Made by a program: the position numbers and the translations under genes
Shown: piece after piece, positions 28,037-32,000 of the stretch
Numbering within the stretch: the stretch's first letter is position 1
Layout: each line of letters starts with the position of its first letter
Assembly (NCBI RefSeq): GCF_000247565.1
Contig: NC_016893.1
Span: forward strand, 480,001 to 512,000
DNA: 32,000 bases
Source of the DNA: Wigglesworthia glossinidia endosymbiont of Glossina morsitans morsitans (Yale colony)
GTDB taxonomy: Bacteria; Pseudomonadota; Gammaproteobacteria; Enterobacterales; Enterobacteriaceae
Direction of reading: 5' to 3'
Notes under the pieces: model-generated
Told to the model about the DNA's origin: nothing
Seen by the model: the letters and a program-made list of their open reading frames with translations, nothing else
Databases searched by the model: none

Positions 28037-28725
28037 ATGAACTCAACAATTTTAACATGGGAAAATTTACTAAAAAAAGAGAAAAACAAAAGATACTTTT
28101 GCGATATTTTTAAATATATTCATATGAGAAGTGAATCAGGAATTAAAATATATCCTGAAAGAAAAAATATATTTAAAGCATTAAAATTGACACCAATACA
28201 TTCTCTGAAAGTAGTTATTTTAGGACAAGATCCATATCACGGTTTTAAACAAGCGGATGGTTTATGTTTTTCTGTACAAATTGGATCTAAGATTCCTCCT
28301 TCTTTAAAAAATATTTTTATAGAGATAAAAAATAATATACCATCTTTTACCATACCTAATAAGTATGGTTGCCTAAAAAATTGGGCATTACAAGGAGTAT
28401 TATTATTAAATTCAATTCTTACAGTAGAAGAAGGAAGACCTTCATCACATTCTGAAATTGGATGGGAATTATTTACAAATAAAATTATTAAAGATATTAA
28501 TCAATTTTGTAAACAAATAATATTTGTTTTATGGGGAAAATATGCAAAAAAAAAAGTTTTTTAATTAATCCTGATAAGCATATTATTTTGACTGCTTCTC
28601 ATCCGTCTCCGTTATCTGCTCATTCTGGATTTATTGGATGTAAGCATTTCTGCAAAATAAATAATATTCTTGTACATTTAGGGAAAAAACCAATAAACTG
28701 GAATATATCTAAAGCAATTTTTTAA
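28037..28725 (+). pseudogene. ung: uracil-DNA glycosylase interrupted by a single frameshift in an A10 tract (28546-28555)
   Basis: Two track ORFs (28025-28564 and 28531-28725) together are collinear with E. coli Ung. The first carries GQDPYH (catalytic Asp) and the second carries HPSPLSAH (catalytic His). The frames join exactly at the poly(A) run. Adding one A gives ...[31 protein letters not shown]... and a 229-aa product. Confidence 0.85.
28546..28555 (+). repeat. A10 homopolymer at the ung frameshift site (slippery A AAA AAA in the upstream frame)
   Basis: Counted directly from the sequence: c28545, a28546-a28555, g28556. Confidence 0.95.
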
Positions 28726-29870
28726 TTTTGATCGAAATATATTTTTGATAAAATTTCTTGATATATACAACATAAAATTTGTAAATCTCGAATTTTTACG
28801 CATTCGTTTTCTTGATGAATTGTATTATTCAATAAACCTAATTCTATAATTTGTTTGCTAATTTTATAAATAAATCTTCCATCTGAAGTACCACCCGAAT
28901 TTTTTATAGATGGAATAATATTTTGATATTTTTTAACTGAGTTTTTAACTATTTGAAATAATGATCCTTTTTTTGTTATAAAAGGATTACTATTTACATT
29001 GCATTTTATTTTATAAGTACAATTAAATATTTTTAATATATCTTCGATTTTCTTTTGAATAATAACTTTATTCGATTGTAGATTAAATCGAAAATTTAAT
29101 TTTAATAAAACTTGACTTGGAGTAACATTGTTAGATGATTTAAAATCACTTAAGATTTTCAAAAATTGCATACTAGTTTTTGGTAAATTACATTTATTGT
29201 TATCCCAAGATATTTGTGTTAATCGGGATATTATCAAATTGATTAAATAAATTGGATTTTTTCTAAAATTTGCATATGCGATATGTTCTTGTTTTCCGTA
29301 AATAGTAATATATATATCTAATGATCCTCTTCTACCATTTTTAATGATATCTCCGACTGATCTTTCTCCTGTTGGTTCTCCAATTAAACAGCAATCAATT
29401 TTTTCTTTTCTTTGCATTAAAATTTCAACAACTTTTTTAGTTCCATTTTGACCGGATCCTTCTTCATCAGAAGAAATTAAAAATGCTAATCTTCCTTGAT
29501 TAAAATTTTTATGAACACTAAAAAATTTTTTTGTAGCAACTAACATTGCAGATAATGCGCCTTTCATATCTGAAGCGCCTCTACCATATAAAAATCCATT
29601 ATTCAGAGTTGGTTCGAATGGAGGATATTTCCAATATTTTAAATTTCCGACATGTACCACATCAGTATGGCCTAAGAACAATAAAGTATATCCTGAACCT
29701 CGATAAGCCCAAATGTTTTGGGTGGTTCCAAATTGCATAATTTCAATTTTAAAACCTATATTAAGTAGGTAGTTAATAATAATTTTGTTACATCCAGCTT
29801 CGTTTGGAGTTAAAGATCGGCATTTTATAAGATTGTGCGTTAAATTAACAATCGGATCATGATATGACAT
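28722..29870 (-). CDS. dapE: succinyl-diaminopimelate desuccinylase
   Basis: 382 aa with GHTDVV, PPFEPT, GRGA.DMKG, LAFLI.SDEE, GEP, KNGRRGS, NV.P, FNFRF, GGTSDGRF and N.TIH..NE. Confidence 0.93.
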   Translation of the reverse strand: MSYHDPIVNLTHNLIKCRSLTPNEAGCNKIIINYLLNIGFKIEIMQFGTTQNIWAYRGSGYTLLFLGHTDVVHVGNLKYWKYPPFEPTLNNGFLYGRGASDMKGALSAMLVATKKFFSVHKNFNQGRLAFLISSDEEGSGQNGTKKVVEILMQRKEKIDCCLIGEPTGERSVGDIIKNGRRGSLDIYITIYGKQEHIAYANFRKNPIYLINLIISRLTQISWDNNKCNLPKTSMQFLKILSDFKSSNNVTPSQVLLKLNFRFNLQSNKVIIQKKIEDILKIFNCTYKIKCNVNSNPFITKKGSLFQIVKNSVKKYQNIIPSIKNSGGTSDGRFIYKISKQIIELGLLNNTIHQENECVKIRDLQILCCIYQEILSKIYFDQN

Positions 29871-29920
29871 AAGATAAAATTAATTTTGCTTTATTTTAAT
29901 AAACTATAAATATTTAAAAA

Positions 29921-30691
29921 TTAATTTTTTAGGTTCCAACTAATTTTTATACAATACCAAACTGATATATATAAAATAAAAATCATGCAAATCATAATTA
30001 CAAATGATAATGCAATAGATATATCTGTAATACCTAAAAAACCGTATCTAAATCCATTTACCATGTATACAATAGGATTAAAGCGGGAAATATTTTGCCA
30101 AAAAATAGGAAGTAGTTTTAATGAGTAAAATACTCCGCCTAAGTATGTGAGAGGTGTTAAAATAAAAGTTGGTATCATGCTAATATCGTCAAAATTTTTA
30201 GCAAATATTCCATTAAGCAATCCAGCAAGAGAAAAAAGAACAGCGGTTAATATTAGCACCAAAATGGTAATAGTCCATTGCTGAATGTGTATAGATAAAA
30301 AAAATAATGATACTATACTGACTAATGATCCTACAAAAATTGCTCGAATTACTCCGCCTCCTATATATCCGATAATAATAATATATGCTGGAACTGGAGC
30401 AACAAGAAGTTCTTCAATATTTTTTTGAAATTTTGCACTAAAAAAAGAAGATGCAACATTATTATATGCATTGGTTATTACAGACATCATAATCATTCCA
30501 GGTACAATAAATTCCATATAGGAAAATCCTTCTATTTTCCCGATTTTAGAACCAATTAAATTTCCAAAAATAATAAAATACAATATTATTGTAATTACTG
30601 GAGGCACCAAAGTTTGGCCCCAAATTCTGGTAAATCGTGTTATTTCTTTATATAAAATGCTTTTTAATGCAATTAAGTATGATTGTTTCAT
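29921..30691 (-). CDS. yadH: ABC-2 type transporter permease YadH
   Basis: 256 aa, with about 6 TM segments judged by eye. There are long matches to E. coli YadH from memory: QTLVPPVIT..LYFIIFGNLIGS.IG...GFSYM.FIVPG.IMMSVITNAY.NVASSFF.AKFQ.NIEELLVAPVP, and LTAVLFSLAGLLNG.FAK.FDDIS..PTF.LTPLTYLGGVFYSL.LLP.FWQ. Confidence 0.9.
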   Translation of the reverse strand: MKQSYLIALKSILYKEITRFTRIWGQTLVPPVITIILYFIIFGNLIGSKIGKIEGFSYMEFIVPGMIMMSVITNAYNNVASSFFSAKFQKNIEELLVAPVPAYIIIIGYIGGGVIRAIFVGSLVSIVSLFFLSIHIQQWTITILVLILTAVLFSLAGLLNGIFAKNFDDISMIPTFILTPLTYLGGVFYSLKLLPIFWQNISRFNPIVYMVNGFRYGFLGITDISIALSFVIMICMIFILYISVWYCIKISWNLKN

Positions 30692-30708
30692 ATTTTTTCC
30701 ATAAATAC

Positions 30709-31617
30709 TTAATTTGATACTAAATGTAAAAATAATTCTTCTAATCGATTACTTTTATTTCGCATACTTATAACTTGAATATTTTTTGAATTTAATTGTA
30801 AAAAAAGATCATTTAATCCTTGATTTTTTTTTACTTCGACTTCTAGTAGAAAATTGTTCAAAATTTTAAAAGAATATCTATTCAATTTTATATTTGATAT
30901 ATTAGATGAAACGTCTAATATAAATTTTTCAGATTGTATTTTTGACAATAAGTTTTTAATTGAAGTATTTTCTATTAATATTCCTAATCTCATTATTCCA
31001 ATATGACGACATAGTATTTCTGCTTCTTCAAAATAATGCGTAGTTAATATTATAGTTTTTCCATTTTTATTAAAATTTATTAACAAACTCCAGATTAATC
31101 TTCTAATTTCTATATCTACTCCTGCTGTTGGTTCATCAAGAATTAACAATTTTGGTTCGTGTATTAGAGCGCGTGCAATCATTAATCGACGTTTCATCCC
31201 TCCAGATAACGTCCGTGCTGGTTTGTTTCTATAATCCCATAAATCTAATTGACTTAAGTATTTTTTTGCACGTATAATTGCAATATTTTTTTTAATACCA
31301 TAATACCCTGCTTGATTAACAATAATTTGTTTAATAGTTTCAAATGGACTAAAATTAAATTCTTGAGGTACAAGTCCAATCTTTCTTTTATAAGAAAATG
31401 GATTTTGATCTATATCTTCTCCAAAGATTTTTACTATACCTGAACTTTTTTTTATTAAACTACTTATTATTCCTATAATTGTAGATTTTCCGGCACCATT
31501 AGGACCTAGTAAAGCATAAAAATCCCCGACTTTTACTGTTAAATCAATTGATTCGATAGCGCAAAATTTTTTGTTGTATATTTTTTTTAATTTTTTTAAC
31601 TCTAATGCATATTTCAT
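30709..31617 (-). CDS. yadG: ABC transporter ATP-binding protein YadG
   Basis: It has Walker A GPNGAGKST, the signature LSGGMKRRL and Walker B LLILDEPTAGVD. It is collinear with E. coli YadG; MKYALELKKLKK aligns with MTIALELQQLKK, so I chose the ATG at 31617 over the track's TTG at 31644. Confidence 0.92.
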   Translation of the reverse strand: MKYALELKKLKKIYNKKFCAIESIDLTVKVGDFYALLGPNGAGKSTIIGIISSLIKKSSGIVKIFGEDIDQNPFSYKRKIGLVPQEFNFSPFETIKQIIVNQAGYYGIKKNIAIIRAKKYLSQLDLWDYRNKPARTLSGGMKRRLMIARALIHEPKLLILDEPTAGVDIEIRRLIWSLLINFNKNGKTIILTTHYFEEAEILCRHIGIMRLGILIENTSIKNLLSKIQSEKFILDVSSNISNIKLNRYSFKILNNFLLEVEVKKNQGLNDLFLQLNSKNIQVISMRNKSNRLEELFLHLVSN

Positions 31618-31832
31618 ATTTAATAATTTTAAATATTTTTTCAAAATTAAAATGAATTTTTAATATTTCGTAGATTAATAGTATGTATTCTAATCTTTTA
31701 AAAAGATACGCTTTATCTTTTAAAAATAACATTTAAAGAAATAATTTGTGTTAAAATTTTATTTTCATCAAATAATCTTTAGTAAAAAAATTTATATGCA
31801 TAGATTGATTTTGAAAAATCTGAAAATATACG

Positions 31833-32000
31833 CTATTTTGTAGAAATAATTTTGTTAAATCTTGTATGAAACTTATTTACTCTTCCTCTTGTATTTAAAA
31901 TACGCTGTGTTCCGGTGTAAAATGGATGACATTTACTGCATACATCTAGGTGTATACTTTTTTTTAAAGTAGATATTATTTCAAATGAGTTCCCGCATGT
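31833..32000 (-). CDS. rpmE: 50S ribosomal protein L31, C-terminal part; the 5' end lies beyond the window edge
   Basis: My own minus-strand translation from 32000 gives TCGNSFEIISTLKKSIHLDVCSKCHPFYTGTQRILNTRGRVNKFHTRFNKIISTK*, which contains the L31 signature LDVCSKCHPF.TG.QR....GRV..F..RF. The stop codon is at 31835-31833. Confidence 0.85.
   Translation of the reverse strand, partial: TCGNSFEIISTLKKSIHLDVCSKCHPFYTGTQRILNTRGRVNKFHTRFNKIISTK

Noticed and set aside
31693-31726. An A/T palindrome atcttttaaaaagat and a direct repeat of atcttttaaaaa lie between yadG and rpmE. A weak hairpin gatttt-N-aaaatc lies just downstream of the rpmE stop (about 31808-31821).
   Set aside because: The stems are pure A/T and would be very unstable. 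Such repeats are expected by chance in this composition, so this is not a credible terminator call.
1-32000. A scan for CRISPR arrays, IS elements, transposase or integrase genes, phage genes, toxin-antitoxin pairs and defence systems.
   Set aside because: Every ORF longer than about 100 aa is accounted for by a conserved housekeeping orthologue, apart from the bactofilin gene. No spaced direct repeats or terminal inverted repeats were seen.

Overview
This window is extremely AT-rich: intergenic DNA is almost pure A/T and coding regions are only slightly richer in G/C. It is gene-dense, and the proteins are clear orthologues of Enterobacterales housekeeping genes. It looks like a reduced genome of an obligate insect endosymbiont. 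Retention of waaA, lspA, nhaA, wecE and purT suggests a Wigglesworthia- or Blochmannia-like organism rather than Buchnera, but I cannot verify the organism. I call 28 protein-coding loci: pgk (partial), trxA, rho, wecE, nfuA, fabA, dnaK, dnaJ, nhaA, rpsT, ribF, ileS, lspA, ispH, purT, waaA, coaD, glnS, efp, epmB, a membrane-anchored bactofilin, suhB, iscS, ung (frameshifted), dapE, yadH, yadG and rpmE (partial). There is also a tRNA-Arg(CCG)/His(GUG)/Pro(UGG) cluster. The order is a mosaic of small blocks syntenic with E. coli (trxA-rho-...-argX-hisR-proM; dnaKJ-nhaA-rpsT-ribF-ileS-lspA-ispH; waaA-coaD; efp/epmB; suhB/iscS; yadGH). The neighbouring regulators and accessory genes (nhaR, fkpB, iscR-iscUA-hscBA-fdx, trmJ, most of the ECA cluster, leuT) are deleted. 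I see no mobile elements, CRISPR arrays, defence islands or obviously novel multi-gene systems; this is core housekeeping DNA. The points worth a second look are listed here.
- ung is split by a frameshift inside an A10 tract, so it could be rescued by slippage.
- SuhB has lost the inositol-monophosphatase metal-binding motifs but is otherwise conserved.
- A well-conserved wecE is the only survivor of the ECA cluster.
- A CcmA-like bactofilin with two transmembrane helices is retained.
- iscS is orphaned and shortened at the C-terminus.
- Two unusually long AT-rich spacers (about 0.8 and 1.27 kb) contain isolated G/C-bearing palindromes.
- Several convergent gene pairs leave no room for terminators, next to a very highly conserved Rho.

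All comparisons with E. coli proteins are from memory, not from a database search.
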